Positions 22,904 through 37,045 of a stretch of DNA of 64,000 nt are shown piece after piece. Under the pieces are notes generated by a model, which searched no databases, was not told the DNA's origin, and worked only from the letters and a program-made list of their open reading frames with translations. Within the stretch, counting starts at the first letter, position 1. Each line of letters begins with the position of its first letter. The stretch lies in contig JAAOMT010000009.1 of assembly GCA_016748015.1 (NCBI GenBank), forward strand, positions 1,551,924-1,615,923. Reading direction: 5' to 3'. The DNA comes from Geosiphon pyriformis uo1. Lineage: Eukaryota > Fungi > Glomeromycota. The translations under genes and the position numbers were made by a program.

Positions 22904-24199
22904 ATGATAATAAACTTGAACAACTATTCTGCTTTAATGGAATTTTTGGGTAAAGAACAATATCCACCAGAATACACTTGATAGCAAAGAGAACATTTGT
23001 GCAAACAATCAAATTTCTATTTGATCTGTCAGAACCAATTATATAAAAAAAACAGAAAAGATCCTGACTGCTCTCAGAAAGTTATCAGATTTAAAGAAAA
23101 AAAAATTGTAATATATAACATACACACTAACCCATTAGCTGAACACTTTGGAAAAACAAAAACAATTCAGAAAATCTTAGCTCACTATTATTGGCCTACC
23201 TTGGAAAAAAACATTGCTAAATACATCAAAACCTGAAACATTTGCCAAAGAAAAAGCAAACCCAATTGCAAAGAAAATATCCATCCAATTTCTGTTGGTC
23301 AAATATTTAACACAATTGGTATAGATGTTATTAAATCTTTAACAATAATTTCTGATGGCAACAGATACATTATTACAGCTATTAACTATCTTACAAAGTG
23401 GATAGAAACAAAAGCCACTCCTGACCAAACAGCAGTCTCAATAGCCAATTTCATTTATGAAGATATTATCTGCTATTATGGCTGCTCCAAAGAACTTTTA
23501 TCTGATAGAAAAAGAGCTTTTTTCAGTATACTGGTTAAAAAACTTTGTAGAAAAATGGGAATATGTCATAAACTTTCTTCTTTTTACTATCCTCAAACAA
23601 ATAGCTTAGTAGAATATTTCAATAGAATACTATGTGAAATTCTGGCCAAAACCAGTAAAGAAACAAACTTATGAAACAAAATACTGTTTTCAGCTTTGTT
23701 TGCTTACAGAACTGTGAATCATGACATAACAAGTTATGAATCTTTTTATCTATTCTATGGATGCATGACAATACTACTAATAGAAACTAACATTGAGACA
23801 ATACTTTTTGAAAAGATTATAATAGAAAATTACAAAGAAATTTTGCAAAGAAGACTTGGTACCATTCTTGACTCCTTGGTAGAAGCACAAATAATTGCTT
23901 TTGAAAAGATAAAACAGTTCTAAAAAAAGCTTAAAAAAAAGAAAATTTATAAAACACTTTCTTTAAGTGTTAGTGATTTGGTATTAGAATACTGTTCAAA
24001 CAGAGACAATATCTATAGTGATAAATTTTTTAGCTGATGGAAAGGACCCTTTATAGTCAACAAAGTTTTGAACAATAGTTCTTATATTCTTCAAAATCAA
24101 TCCAGAACAATCTTTAATGATCATTTTGTTCATGGTACATGACTTAAAAAATATTATAAACGACCTGATTGGTTGTCTGTTGTAATAATACCGACCTAA
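22904..24199 (+). pseudogene. Stand-alone integrase ORF, family B
   Basis: ATG 22904 in the +1 frame; motifs HTNPLAEHFG...YYWP, IGIDVI, LLSD, LVE and WKGPF. Confidence 0.85.
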
Positions 24200-24265
24200 A
24201 TAATCAACAAAAATTAAGTATAAATAAAATGCACCATTCCCAAAACAGAGGTATTTTCAATTAAC

Positions 24266-24922
24266 ATGAATAATTATTTTCTGGATCAAAACATTCAAAA
24301 CACTTTCTATACTCTCCATAAGTATTGGATCAAAAACTATTCAAATGCTACTTTGATTATTGGAAAACAAACCACCATAACTGATAATAGTGGAACACAT
24401 ACTGTTATTAAACCAAAGAAAACCACTATCAGAAGAGAAAAAATTGGTAGCAAAATGGATAAATATCTATTAGAAAGTATAACAGCCACTATACTTCTAC
24501 CTTTCAACACAATTAGAAAAACACTCCAAGAAATCTTACTCATAAACAAAAACTTGTCATATGGAAGGCAATTAAAACTCTATGGTTGTCTTGGTAAAAT
24601 CATAGAAGATATGAAACTTATGAAGAAAACAGTTTCAGAGATACATGCAAAAATTTTGGGTATTATATAGTTAAATGTTCCAAAAGTTTTAACTATTACT
24701 AAAAAAACCAAAACTCTAATACAAAGATTTGGTCTCTTGAATACAAAACTCATTTTATTTCAAGTATTATATACTATATCCACAAAAGACTTCAATAATC
24801 TAATTAGCTTTGAGTTAAATAAAACTTTTCAAATAGACTACACTATGAATAACTTGATTTTGCCAAAGCTCAATATCTTTGAAAAGGATGATGTTATGGT
24901 TGAAACCTATATTTTTTATTAA
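24266..24922 (+). pseudogene. ORF3 of unknown function (218 codons), family B
   Basis: ORFs 24266-24670 and 24737-24922 share a frame; it ends 31 nt inside the 3' LTR. Confidence 0.7.
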
Positions 24923-25618
24923 TTATCACATGTATTAACCACTGATGTCATATAATTAGCCACTTTATTTTTAGATAGTGATCATTAATCTGATCAATAA
25001 CTTGACTATTGATCTAATTATTGACCTAATTATTGACCTGATTATTGATCTGATCATTAACCTAGTTATTGACTTGATTATTGACCATTTTTGATAGCTA
25101 TATAAGTAATGAATCTCTTAGCTATAGAAAAATATGTAAGAATTAAAAGAAATAAAAGAAATAAAATAACAACTTTATTTCAATTATTCTCTTATTGTTA
25201 ATTTCTCTTTTTCTACCTTCAAGTATCTGAATATCTTGGGATAAAAAATTACTTGTTGGTTATTCTTTACTCTTTTTCTGAAACATGTAATTGCAGTATT
25301 TAAAGATTATTGAATAAAATGTGACTAAAGAGTACATCTGATACCTGATATTAAATTCTAAGAGCACCAACATAAGACATAGAATTATACCAGTGTATAA
25401 TCATTTGTTAACAGTACAGACTATCCCTCTACTTTCAGATTCTCTGGTTATCTTTTGAAAAGTATAGCAACTAAGATATTTTATGAGACTGATCTTACAC
25501 ATTGAATTTATACTTATTTAATTTGCTCTTTGAAGTTGAATTCTCTTTGATTCTTTTCATTATCCTACAATCTTGTTCTCTTTTGCTATCTATTAGCTTG
25601 TTATTCCAACTTGTAACA
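24892..25618 (+). repeat. 3' LTR, family B
   Basis: TGTTAT...GTAACA termini; aligns end to end with the 5' LTR. Confidence 0.95.
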
Positions 25619-25849
25619 ATAGAAACAATTGCATTATGGACATTGGGTTTATAGTTAATATCTTCAAAAATACAAGCATTGTGTATTAACTGATTACAGT
25701 TTCAATTATAAATAGTAATACATCCAACCCAATATAAACAAAACTATACACAATACAATATATTTCTAACTTCTTAAAAGATATTTATTAAGCTGTCATA
25801 CAATTAACTTGATAAGCTTCAAAAACATGATCATTAAAAGAGGTATTAG

Positions 25850-28531
25850 AAAGTTAATAATAGATAATAGTTGTGATTTTATTAACAAATTTACATTTTT
25901 TAATGTTTTGCTTTTTTACTTGTTACTAGAATTGGTTTCCAAAAACCTAATAATGTTTTCTTAATTTGTTTTGCTTTAAGAAAGTCTATTCTTTTTATCC
26001 ATGTAATTTTACTGAATTTTTTTATTTCTTCACTTAATATTTATTTATAACCAATATTACAAAAAACACAATTAGAGATATTTAGATTTACAAATTGTGG
26101 TTTTTTTATTTGAACTCAAAATCAATTTGATTTAGCAATAAAGCTAGGACATGTACAAAATCTGTATATTTTACTTTTAGAATATCTGATAATATTAAAG
26201 AGATTAGTACACAATCTCTCAAATTTGATACAGTTATACATTGCAATTTCCCAATGCCATTGTAAAAGTGTAAAAAGAATTAACAATTTAAGCATTTTGT
26301 TAATTTTTTCAAGTATTGTATCATGGTCTTAATATTAATTTAAAAATTTAGATTGAGAAATTAAAATTTTTTCTTGAATTAGCTTGCAAACTTTAGGCTT
26401 CAATTATAGCCATTATTCTTCATCAACAATTTTAATTAATTAGTAAATAGAATAATGCCGAATAGATCAAATTGGTACAAACAATTGTCTAGTCATAAGT
26501 CTTAATGAAGACCTATTGAAACAAACTTCAGTGTAAAAGTTAATAATTGCTTGTAAATAAAAAAAGACTTGTTTATACTTTAACTTAAACATGGGATTTG
26601 TTTTATTTTAGACTTATTCTAAGTAATTTTTAACAAATAAATTTTTTTAGAAACAACATATGGCCACATTAATTTGGAAGCCATTACATGTCTATATATA
26701 TTACATATCAAATCCCACAACTTATGATGATCAAACTATTTTTTAAAAAACTACAGTTGACTTTCACTCCAATATCCTTGACATTATGCAAAGTATTTTA
26801 TATTGATATTCCAATTCAGCTTAACAAATGCTTTTAGCATATTCATCTTTTTATGAAGAGCATCTGGAACTAATATAAGCCAAAAAAAGTTTTTTTTGAT
26901 TGTTTATACACAATAATAAGATACTTTATCACATATTACTACAACTTATCTGTGACTATTATCTTTAATGCTAAATAGTTTTTTAATATGCTCAAAAACC
27001 TTTTGAATATTGGCAATTAAGTTTAAATTTATGGCTATTGGATTAAGAACATATAATTACAGCATATAAATCTTAATTTTCAGATACAATTGTGCATTTT
27101 CAAATGTGTGAGAATAAAAAATGGGTTTTTTGGCAATGTCAATTGATTTATTCAATTGATTTATCTCAATGATTGTTGGTAATTTGTTATAATATACAGG
27201 ACAAACTTATTTCTTATTATTAATGTTAAACAATTAACAAGCTGGGCATTTTTTTAAAAAACCAATTTGGCTTTAATGTTGTACTAATTTATTAATTATA
27301 TTTGTTTTTTAACTTTTCTTCACACAAAGCTCTTTTAAAATAATAGTAAAATAATTAATAAGTTTTTTATAAATTTCATTTATTATATCTGAAGTTAAAA
27401 AAAATAATTTCTCATATTTTTTTTTGAAAAGTTTAGAATACAACCAAAAATCTATATTTTAAATATTATTAATTTGATTATAATTAAAAACAACAAAACT
27501 CATAATGATATTGAATATAACTGTATTATATCCATGATTTAAGTAATTTTTTGACTTTTTTGTTTATTGTCAAAGGCTAAAAATAAAAATTCTTTGGGAA
27601 GTTTTGACTGTTCTATAGCCAAACTTTCTAATTAGTTAGTAAACTTTTTATAGCAACCAGAACTTATAATATAATTATCAATATCAATAATCATTTTTGA
27701 TTTTACTACTGAATATTTGATTGTTGAAGTGGCTAAATTAATAGCAGAAACATATTTTAAGTACCTTAATCTATATATAATATCAACTGTTACAACACAC
27801 TTAAAAAGCTTTTTTTTTTCATTTTGATATTCATTTTCATTATAAGTAAGAGTTTCAATAAATTTTACAATAACTGAATTTTGTTTTGCAAGCCATGTTA
27901 AAGAACAATACTCTAAAAAACTATCTAAACTAAAATGTTTATGATTTTTTTTCAAATTTATTATATTATTATACAAATTACCTCATTTTCTTTTGGTAAT
28001 TTCTGTTATGAATTTAATATAATCTTGTTGATTATTAAATACTTTATCTAATTGCTTTTTTAATGTTGTATTCTCAGATAATAATTGCTAATTGATATCT
28101 TTTAGCTCTTGTATTTATTTTATATAAACTTTATATATTAAATTTGGCAAAAATACTTGGATTTCAAAATCAGAAAAAGTTTTTTCTAATTCTAACAACT
28201 TGTTATCATTAGAAAGTCTTGGTCTTTTTCTTTCTGTTTTTTCTAAATCTAAAAAAGTTGAATTCTTTGATTTAATAATTTATTTAATAAAAGACTTTTT
28301 AACAACAATCTGATTATAATGTCTTTTACATAAAGAGTAATTGTTTAAAGAGTCAAGTAATATAGTTAATCTAGGAAAATACTTGGTTATTTCTGTTATT
28401 TTTTCTGCTACAACACTAACTGATACATGTTACCATCTTTGACTTTTTTTGGTCTCATATTTTACTAATTGACTTTTGTCATATTTACTGGTAAGAGATT
28501 CAAATAAACAGAGTAAGTCTTTGGCATTCAT
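25850..28531 (-). pseudogene. Degenerate putative transposase (DUF6589-like) of a DNA transposon; flank probably continues at 17438-17886
   Basis: ATG 28531; N-terminal ...CKRHYN; then FLAFDN, VICDKVSY (CDGVPY-like), VPDALHKKMN (PGxLHEEMN-like) and HDTILEKINK (DxxLEExN-like). Many transition-type stops. The 3' end is approximate. Confidence 0.6.
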
Positions 28532-28999
28532 TATAAAGCAAGACGTAATTTTAAATCCAATTTAATAAAAAACTACTATGTAAAATTGTGTGGATCCTTA
28601 TGGATTCTGAAACTTTGTGTTTATAAAAGTATGTTTCTACTGTTAGTTTCGATGCTAATAATGCTGAACACCAATTAGATTACAAGAATTTTTTGTGGAT
28701 TATTCCAGAATTGATCTACGAAATTTAAAATCTCCCTGACTGAATTATATAACATCAAGTGTGATATTAATAAAAACTATGGTAACAATATTTTTCATAA
28801 AAATACACGTGTTTAAAGAAAAATAAAAAAAACAAAATTTTAAGATAAATATAATAGTATTATTATTTGTTAAATAACTAAACAATCAGATTAAGTAATT
28901 TTTTGATAAATACCAATACACACTAATAATTGAATTTTCCGGGTCAAAAATTCATGTAACAATATTATTGACACTTTTATGGTCCCTGATAAAAAAATC

Positions 29000-31475
29000 T
29001 TAATAAATTTCAACATTTAAAACCTCCATTACTCCTCCTACAAGGTGAAGACTCCCAGTAACTAAAACCTGCACATTGTAAGTTTTATCAATTGACTTAG
29101 CTACATAGTCAGTTATCCAATTTATTGCATCCTGAATGGTCGGGTAAACCTGAATTCGTTGTTGGGAAATGAACGCAATATCATGATCGCCCTCATGCTC
29201 TGCGATTAATGATGACCATGTCTCAGCTAGCGATTTTTGTTGGATCAAGCCGTTATCAGGAGTCTTATTATTTTGTAGATCTATTTATTTTTGATGATAT
29301 AAAATGAGGCGCCGATAAAATTTTGAAATTTAAGAATGATGACATACCCGATTTATATTGCTTGTTGCTGTAAGTAATATTAGTACAAAAAATAGCGTGG
29401 TCAAATCTAATATATGGGTTTGAACTCACGATCTGGCTTAAAAAATCTGTTCCATTCCGATTACCAGTAACATTGAAGATTAAAATCCTCTTCACTTTAG
29501 AAGCCATCGAGTCTCTGCGCAAAATAAGCTGAATATTTTCAAAAATCCAAACAGATTAATCATCCATTAAAGGAAATATGTTGCTTACGAGTTATGGTTA
29601 TCTGAGAAGGCAGCACCTCGGAACCAGTTCATACACAACTTTTTGATATTATTGAAAGTTCAAGTGAATAAACATCCCTCCAAAATTCATTGATAGTATA
29701 AAAGCAAGGAAGTCAAGATAGAAGTATGTATTATTAGTACTTACTTGTAAGCTTTCGACAGTGTGAGCGCCATCAAAATACCATGTTAATCTTTCGATTT
29801 GTTGTGATTGTATAATCTCTGCACGACCAGATAAACGCGTCTGAGATAGTCCAATCTTAAATTCGGGAGGAAGTCTCTGGGGTGAAATTTTCATCCCACG
29901 ATGGTTTTGTAGCCATGTACGGGACAATTCAATGGCTAAAGAGGCGTTAAAAAACTGATGGCTTCCGTCTAATCCTAAGAAGTCTCGATTTATCAGAAAA
30001 CAATCCTGAGGGCGGCGAGATTTCTTCCTTAAAACAAACAAACAAACCAAGTTTTACTCCATCCAAAGCTCCTGAGTCAATCGGTTTAACTAGGGTAAAT
30101 GGGGCCTTAATTTATTAAATAGCAGTAGAGAATGAATTCGAGATTTAATTTCAAATCAGCTTTGAATAAGTGTTTCAAGAAATACCTCTTTATCTTTGGC
30201 ACGTTGTATAAGCACTTCTAGGGCTTCTTTAGGTTGTTCAATGCTGATTGCTGGTATCTTATGCTATTTAAAAATGGTATGAAATTGGTCTATAGTATTT
30301 TTAAGACTGAAATAGGATGGGATATACTAACTTTGAATATTCCACCTTTGTGCCAAGCGATAGAACTAAGAGTATCTCCTAAAAGAGACATATGGTCATA
30401 CCCTAAAGAAGAAACACCACAGACAACTGGATGTTGAATAATGTTGGTACAGTCGTATTCACCACCTATACCAACTTCTATAATGGCAACATCCACCTAA
30501 GATTTATTATAAATGAAAAAATGACTTAAAGATGAACAATCGCGAAGAAAATTTGTGAAGTTGCAGACCTTCTCTTCCATAAAAGTGTGTAAAGCGACAA
30601 GTGTAAGAAATCTAAAATATGGTGGCATATTGAAATCCTTATTTTCCTTCCTGTGGGTATGGGACCAAACAAAATCCTTTAAATATTAATTTTCACAATA
30701 TTTAAATTCAAAATGTGGGGAAATAATGATGAATTTCTCACTTTGAAGCAGCATTAAGATGATCCCAACATTCAAAGAAGTATTTCGTAAATTGATTTTC
30801 GCTTAATGCTTTCCCATTGATGCGAATACGCTCACGAACCGCAACAATATGAGGTGAAGTATATAGACCTTTATCACAGAAAAAATTCACAGATCCAGGT
30901 TACTTTTTCCAAGTATATAACTAACTTCTTCCAAGGAATTAATGATACCTGTCCGTATTTTACTTTTTAGCGGTGTAATTGGGCCTGTTACTGATGTTGG
31001 TTGATAGTTCCTTAAAATTGATTCCACAAAAGCTCCTGTAGAGCCTTTTCCCTTAGTCCCTGAGATATGAATCACATTTAGTTTGTCGAACTGGTTTATC
31101 TAAAGTCAGAAAGGCTTTGAGACTGCTAGATTAACTAAAACTTTAATTTAAAAAATCGAATCATTATTTAACCTCGTAGCCTATCCTGTTACAATGTTTT
31201 CTGAAATCGTTTAAATCTATGGTGGGTCTTGAGCTGTCAGAATTGACATAGGCAGCAATTGCTGCTAGATTGGTTTGTAGGGAATTTAGACTTTGTATGG
31301 CATCCTAGGTCGAAGCAGGGAAATTTAAAATATAGTTTGTCTAAACAGTCTCTCTCAAAAATACCTTGTAAGTCCTGGTATCCGCTTGCATCGTTTTTAA
31401 CTTATGGACAGCTCGCCAACGATTTAAGTTTAAAAAATGTGCGTGAAATGAGGTAGCCCCCTTTAAGAAATGCAT
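29000..31475 (-). CDS. MET7: Folylpolyglutamate synthase (multi-exon)
   Basis: DAIQSLNSLQTN, HISGTKGKGST, YTSPH, EVGIGGEYDCTN, FDGAHT and VLVTGSLHLVG; GT-AG introns; in-frame ATGs at 31475 and 31391. Confidence 0.95.
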
Positions 31476-31658
31476 CTAGCTATGTACATTTCGAGGTTCA
31501 AATCAGTAGATTCAACTGCTCGAATAATGGGGAGTCTCAAGAATGTGATCTTTAGATCTTTTAAAAATTTGGCTTCTCGATGCATCGGGGTTTTTGATGC
31601 AACTTGAGTTGGCAGTTAAGATAACTGAGAATTCAAGACTTCAGGTTTTTTGTTTATA
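31476..31658. promoter_or_regulatory. Short bidirectional promoter between FPGS and TBCE
   Basis: 183 bp between divergent start codons; contains the palindrome CGATGCATCG. Confidence 0.55.
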
Positions 31659-34190
31659 ATGGCTTTGGACCCCCAAATCAATCCTAAAACTATTTTAAAC
31701 AAACGGATACAATTCGAAGACCAACTGGCAACTGTTCGATATGTTGGTCCTGTTCCTCCAACCAAAGGGGAATGGCTTGGTGTGGAGTGGGATAATGTAT
31801 CGAGAGGAAAACATGACGGTGTTCACGAAGGCACTCATTATTTTACTTGTAGGTTAGTAGAATATAAATTAAAAATGGTTTCATTGCCAAAAAGCAAACT
31901 ATTTTTATATAAATCAGTTAATGGTTAGAGGTTTGATTAAATCGTTGGATGAACTATTCTGACCATTTCATTTGCTATTCAGTGTGCCTAACAGTGGTTC
32001 TTTTATACGTTTTTCCTCGAAGATAAATATCGGACAAAGCTTTTTATCAGCTTTGATCCAGAAATATGTTGGTGATGAAGACGAAACTTCAAATTATCAA
32101 AAAAATTCCCCTTATGACGCTCAAAAAGATTTAGAATCCATGTATTGGGCTGGAAATACAAAAATCGAAGTTGAGGCCTTAGGCTGGGAAAAAATACGGC
32201 AAAAACAACGGTAAGAAAATCAAGCCTTGATTTGGTTGATCTTTTCTGCCGCGTTCTCTAATACACTAGATTACCCAAGACACCTGGATCGTTTATTTGA
32301 AGTAGGGTTATCTTTTGAGCAAATATCGAATGCAGGAGTTCCGGGTGAAATTGCAGCAGTCTGTCCTAGTAGGTCCATGATCTTTTAATAACTAATTTCA
32401 ATTTTTCATAAATTAAGGCTGCATTTATTCCACTTGATCAGATATCGTTGATCTAAATCTGTCCAAGAATCTGATCGCAGATTGGGATACAATAGCACGT
32501 ATTTGTGAACAACTTGAAAAATTGGAAGTTTTGCGTTTAAAGTAAATTCCAAAATATGTCTATGGTTTTTTGTTCTCTTATGAACATTTACTTTCTTGGA
32601 TCGCTTATTTTTTCAGTTATAACCGATTTCAAATTTTGCATAAAACCCCAACCTTTACCGATGCTTTCAAGCATTTAAAAAGTCTTTCCCTTAATTATAC
32701 CAGAATCACCTGGAATCAGGTTCTTTTTTGGGTTATATTTGATAAAGTATTCAAAATTATTTTGTCCATAACACATGATTTTTTAGCTAGAGTTACTGGA
32801 GCCATGTCTTCCAAATCTTGAGAATCTGCAGCTGGGCTTTAATAACATTCATCATTTTCATAACGGGCATGATAGTAAATCAAACTTAGTACCAAATTCC
32901 CAAATTCGAGGATTCGACAAATTGAAAATTTTGAACCTTGAATCGAACTGTATCAACAACTGGAGCGAAATAACATTTTTTGCCAATCTCAAAAGGTTTA
33001 TGATTGAGATTTTTATTCTCGCGGATAATGAATCTCTTAAGAATTTAAATTTTTTTTTAAAAATATTCCCATTCTTTTAGCTTGGAAATACTTTATTTGA
33101 ACGGTAACTTGATTGATACGATATTCTATGGCGGAGAAAAAGGAATAGATTTTGCAAAACTTCGCTATCTCAATATTAGTGAGAATGCAATTCAGCATTG
33201 GCAGAGTATAGATGAATTAAATAAATTCCCGGCATTGAAGGAATTGCGAATCAAGAAAAATAAATTTCTTGAAGGTAAAGATTTATCTCAAATTTCTTGG
33301 ATAGATTTATTCTTGATTAAATTCTAATTACTCATATTTTTCGACACAGGCACCAAACCAGATGAATCCAATGTTGCGATTATTGGCCGGATAAAACAAT
33401 TAACTATGTTGAATGGAAGCACGGTTGAAATTAAATTTCTACATTATCAATATTCTTTTAGCTTTTTTCAAATATTCATTTTATTGCTAGATATCTTCGG
33501 GGGATCGCATTGATGCAGAGCGATACTACCTCAGACTAATTGTCAGGGATTTAAAGGGTATTTCTGACGATATAGTAAAACAACATCCCCGTTTTAAAGA
33601 ATTATGTGAATTACATGGAACACCGACAGCGGATGAGTTGAGTTTTAGGGCGTCAAGCAACATTCTGAAGGATCGCTTGCTTGGTAATTTTGGGGCATTT
33701 TATGATTACTAGGAAAGAGTCATTGGTTTACACATTCTTTTTTTCAGCTCTAACAATAACATCTCGTCTTGCATTGGAAGAAAAACCGATAAAGAAAATT
33801 TCAAAAAATCTTCTTGGTATGTCTTGATTTATTTTCGTTTTTATAAACTTACTATATTTTAAACTATATGCTCATGTAGGAACAATGACGATTCGAAACC
33901 TAAAAAATCTTTTGCATAAACTATTCGGTATTCAAGCGTCGCGTCAAAAATTATTCCATGTACCCAAATCTCAAGTATGATTCAATTTTATACAGAATAT
34001 CTTAATCCAAGAATCAAGGGATCATAAACATATAATGGTGTGACTAACAAAACTTGTTAATGGTTTTCTGCAGGTGAAGAGCGCATCAGAGTCCAACGCA
34101 ATGGCTTTTATCGAAATCAATGATGACTTACGCCAATTATCTTATTATGACATCGCATCTGGTGACGAAATTGTTGTTTTGTCTTTGTGA
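31659..34190 (+). CDS. TBCE: Tubulin-folding cofactor E (CAP-Gly, LRR, C-terminal Ubl), multi-exon
   Basis: WLGVEWD...GKHDG CAP-Gly motif, LRR repeats, RIDAERYYL and a Ubl end (L..YDI..GDEI). Confidence 0.93.
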
Positions 34191-35000
34191 ATTCTTTCAC
34201 AAAAGCTCTGGTAATCTAAAAAGATGCTGCTGCTGGTTAGCCTCCAAAGATTTACTTGTTTAAGACCAGTAGATAATATCATGATCCATTTTGAATAATA
34301 ATAGACACTCTTAAATTTTGTAATTGTTTCAGATAATTATAAATGGGAATTTTTTATTCCTTGAATTGAAATTTTTTTTAATTGAGCAATAAAAAACGAC
34401 CTATTATTAGAGGGTTAGAGCTGTGCTACAAGCATGAAACTGCAGTTTAAAGTCACAGTTCTGATCATGGTTTGGCCTTTTAAAAAAGATTGCCTGATAA
34501 ATGTCAGATTAAGTAAAGTTTTGGGATTAGTGCTGCTTTAATAATTCAAAAATAAATAAAAGGAAAAAATCCAAAACAATTATTACAATCAAAGAATTTA
34601 AATGATTTAATTAAAAATTAATTAAAAGCTCAAACTGTTTTTAAATAAATATATAACTTGATATAGTTATGATTTCTGAATTGTTAAAAAAATCCAAGAT
34701 TGATTTCAACTTTACAAAATATAAAATTTTATGAGTATTCAATTCGAATAAAGCCCGCAATTTGACTCGAATCGGATCAGCCATTTTATATAAAAATTTA
34801 AAATAATTGAATTTTAAAAAGCTTTTTGATAACAATGTGTATAAAAAACTTGAAAAAAGTTTTTTTCAATATGATTTAACATTTAGGTTCAAAGTGTAAT
34901 GTGTTTAATAAGTTGCAAAAAATGCAATGTTTAATTATTATGTGATTGCAATGACTTTAAAATTTAGAATAACCAATCAAATTTCAATTTTAAATTGTTC

Positions 35001-35051
<51 letters not shown>
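35001..35051 (+). repeat. (AAT)17 microsatellite
   Basis: Perfect AAT run read directly. Confidence 0.95.
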
Positions 35052-35052
<1 letters not shown>

Positions 35053-37045
35053 GTAATAAAATATTAAAATATTTAAGTAGCAAATCATTTATTAATATAA
35101 AAATTTTAAATTATTTCATGTGTTTATAATTTAAGAAAACTAGTAATTAAAATTTGTTAAAAAAACATATTTAGTCTACTGAATTTTTTATTTGTCTTCG
35201 TTTTCTTTCATCATATTTTCAATCAAAAAATCCGAAATTAAATGATATTTCTCCTGATATATGTGCGTATTATTTGATTCACAAATATTACATAAAATTT
35301 TTCCACTGGTAACATAACATTTTCATATCATATATGGAAATTTTAAATAGATAAAATCAAAATTAAAATTAATCTAAAATTGTAAGATTGCAACAAACAC
35401 ATTTTTTTAGTTTTGAAATAACCATTTACAAATTTGTCAATTAAAAAGTTTCTCTTTAAATATAATCTCATAAACAAAAAGTATCTCAATTTTGCGATAG
35501 GACATCTTACATAATCATTTTTCTAGTCAAAAAACTGATGACTACTACTATTAACATTTTCAAAGTTTTTTTGAATTAAGATAAAATATCAATTTATATT
35601 ATTATTGATTGATCTTTCTGAGATCTCTTATACCAAAATGCTATGCTCCAAATCGTTAAAAAAAACAAACGTTGCTGATTGACAATATTTGTCGGAACGT
35701 TTGACAAGCTAAAAATGATTTACTAATCAGTACCCACAGACACAAAATCAATTGAACATAAAACCTTCCAAGATATATATCAATAAGAAACGATATTTTT
35801 TGATCTGATGTTTACCTCCTTCAGTGCATAGCCTTTAGAAAAGTCAAAAAAAAGTTTTAAAAAATTCACAAAAATAGATATTCGGTAAACGAATTTTTTA
35901 AAAAAAGGGGAAATCTTAAAATTTAACACCTGTACAAGATTTATAACGCATGCATTATGTCTATATGTTTATATATATGCATGTATGTATGCATGTCAGT
36001 GAATAATAGAGTTTAAAAAACAATGGGACTCTAAAAATCCCTATGAAAGAAGAGCCCCCCCAGCACAGCTCAAAAATATTATGTCCCCCCTCTCTCCCCA
36101 GTTTGTGCTCAAAACAAATGACGCCTAAATCACCGAAAATGTACTGATAATCACTTCTTACATTTTATCTTATAACCAATCACGGACGAACAAGCGGCGG
36201 CGATTAATTATAAAAAGTACACCAGACAAACGAATGGTTTTAATTGACATGATCTTTTCTGGTATTTGTGTTTGTTATTTTTTTTGTTCATGAAGATTAA
36301 TGTCGTGTGCCACTTTTTATCGGTTTTGGTTTAACACTTGCGGCAGGCAAACTTTTGTGATGGTATCCGTGTTCAGCCTTCATCCTTCATCCAAAGGTAA
36401 AAAATATATATTTTTAATAATGTAGAAAAAATGATATGCATTTTGTATGCAACATTCAAATAACTGCTTTTTGCCATATGTATCTGGTAAATCAAAAAAT
36501 TTTTGCGCATTTTATTTATATGCCTCTGCCAAAAATCTACTCTCTTTTTGCTTGCTTGCTTTGTTAACGAGTTAACGACCCAAACTTGCCTATCACCTTC
36601 GCTTTCAATTCTACCTTTCTTCCTATAACGACGACATTTTCCCTTCAATTTTTTTCTTTCTAGAAAATTTCGTCTTTTTCTCAATAAAAATAAAAAACAC
36701 ATTTACTTTACGAATTTCAATTCCTTTCTCATCCCACCATCCATCATCACCCATCACTCATCACTAATAAACAAAACCCAAATAACATTAAAAAAACGTT
36801 TTAGATCTTCGGTCAGCGATCCGATCATCCAACACCCCAAATTTACTGGACTAACCTGTTTAGGATCGACCAAAAATTTCCCAAATTCCATATATCAATT
36901 TATTTCGGTAGTGACTCTTCACTTTGAGAAAACCTAACAACCAGCACTCAACAACAAAAAAAACAAATATTGCCTTCCAAACCCTTTTTCTGGTCGACTA
37001 CTGCTACTATTTGCTTTCGTGTGGTATCAAGGCTTTTACCTTACG

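Larger units (their letters stand above)
17887..25618 (+). mobile_element. Full-length Gypsy LTR retrotransposon family B (degenerate), 4-bp TSD ATAG
   Basis: 727-bp LTRs 17887-18613 and 24892-25618. ATAG at 17883-17886 and 25619-25622. Gag knuckle CYYCGLTKHFSRDC, LILDS, VYLDD, RNase H, integrase, ORF3 and PPT GAAAAGGATGA. Confidence 0.95.

Noticed and set aside
34418-36071. Possible TIR pair GAGCTGTGCT / AGCACAGCTC
   Set aside because: Only a 10-bp match with no TSD or other support; compatible with chance.
36373-36702. 109-aa minus-strand ORF upstream of SFP1
   Set aside because: It is the antisense reading of a pyrimidine-rich promoter/UTR with no recognisable domain.
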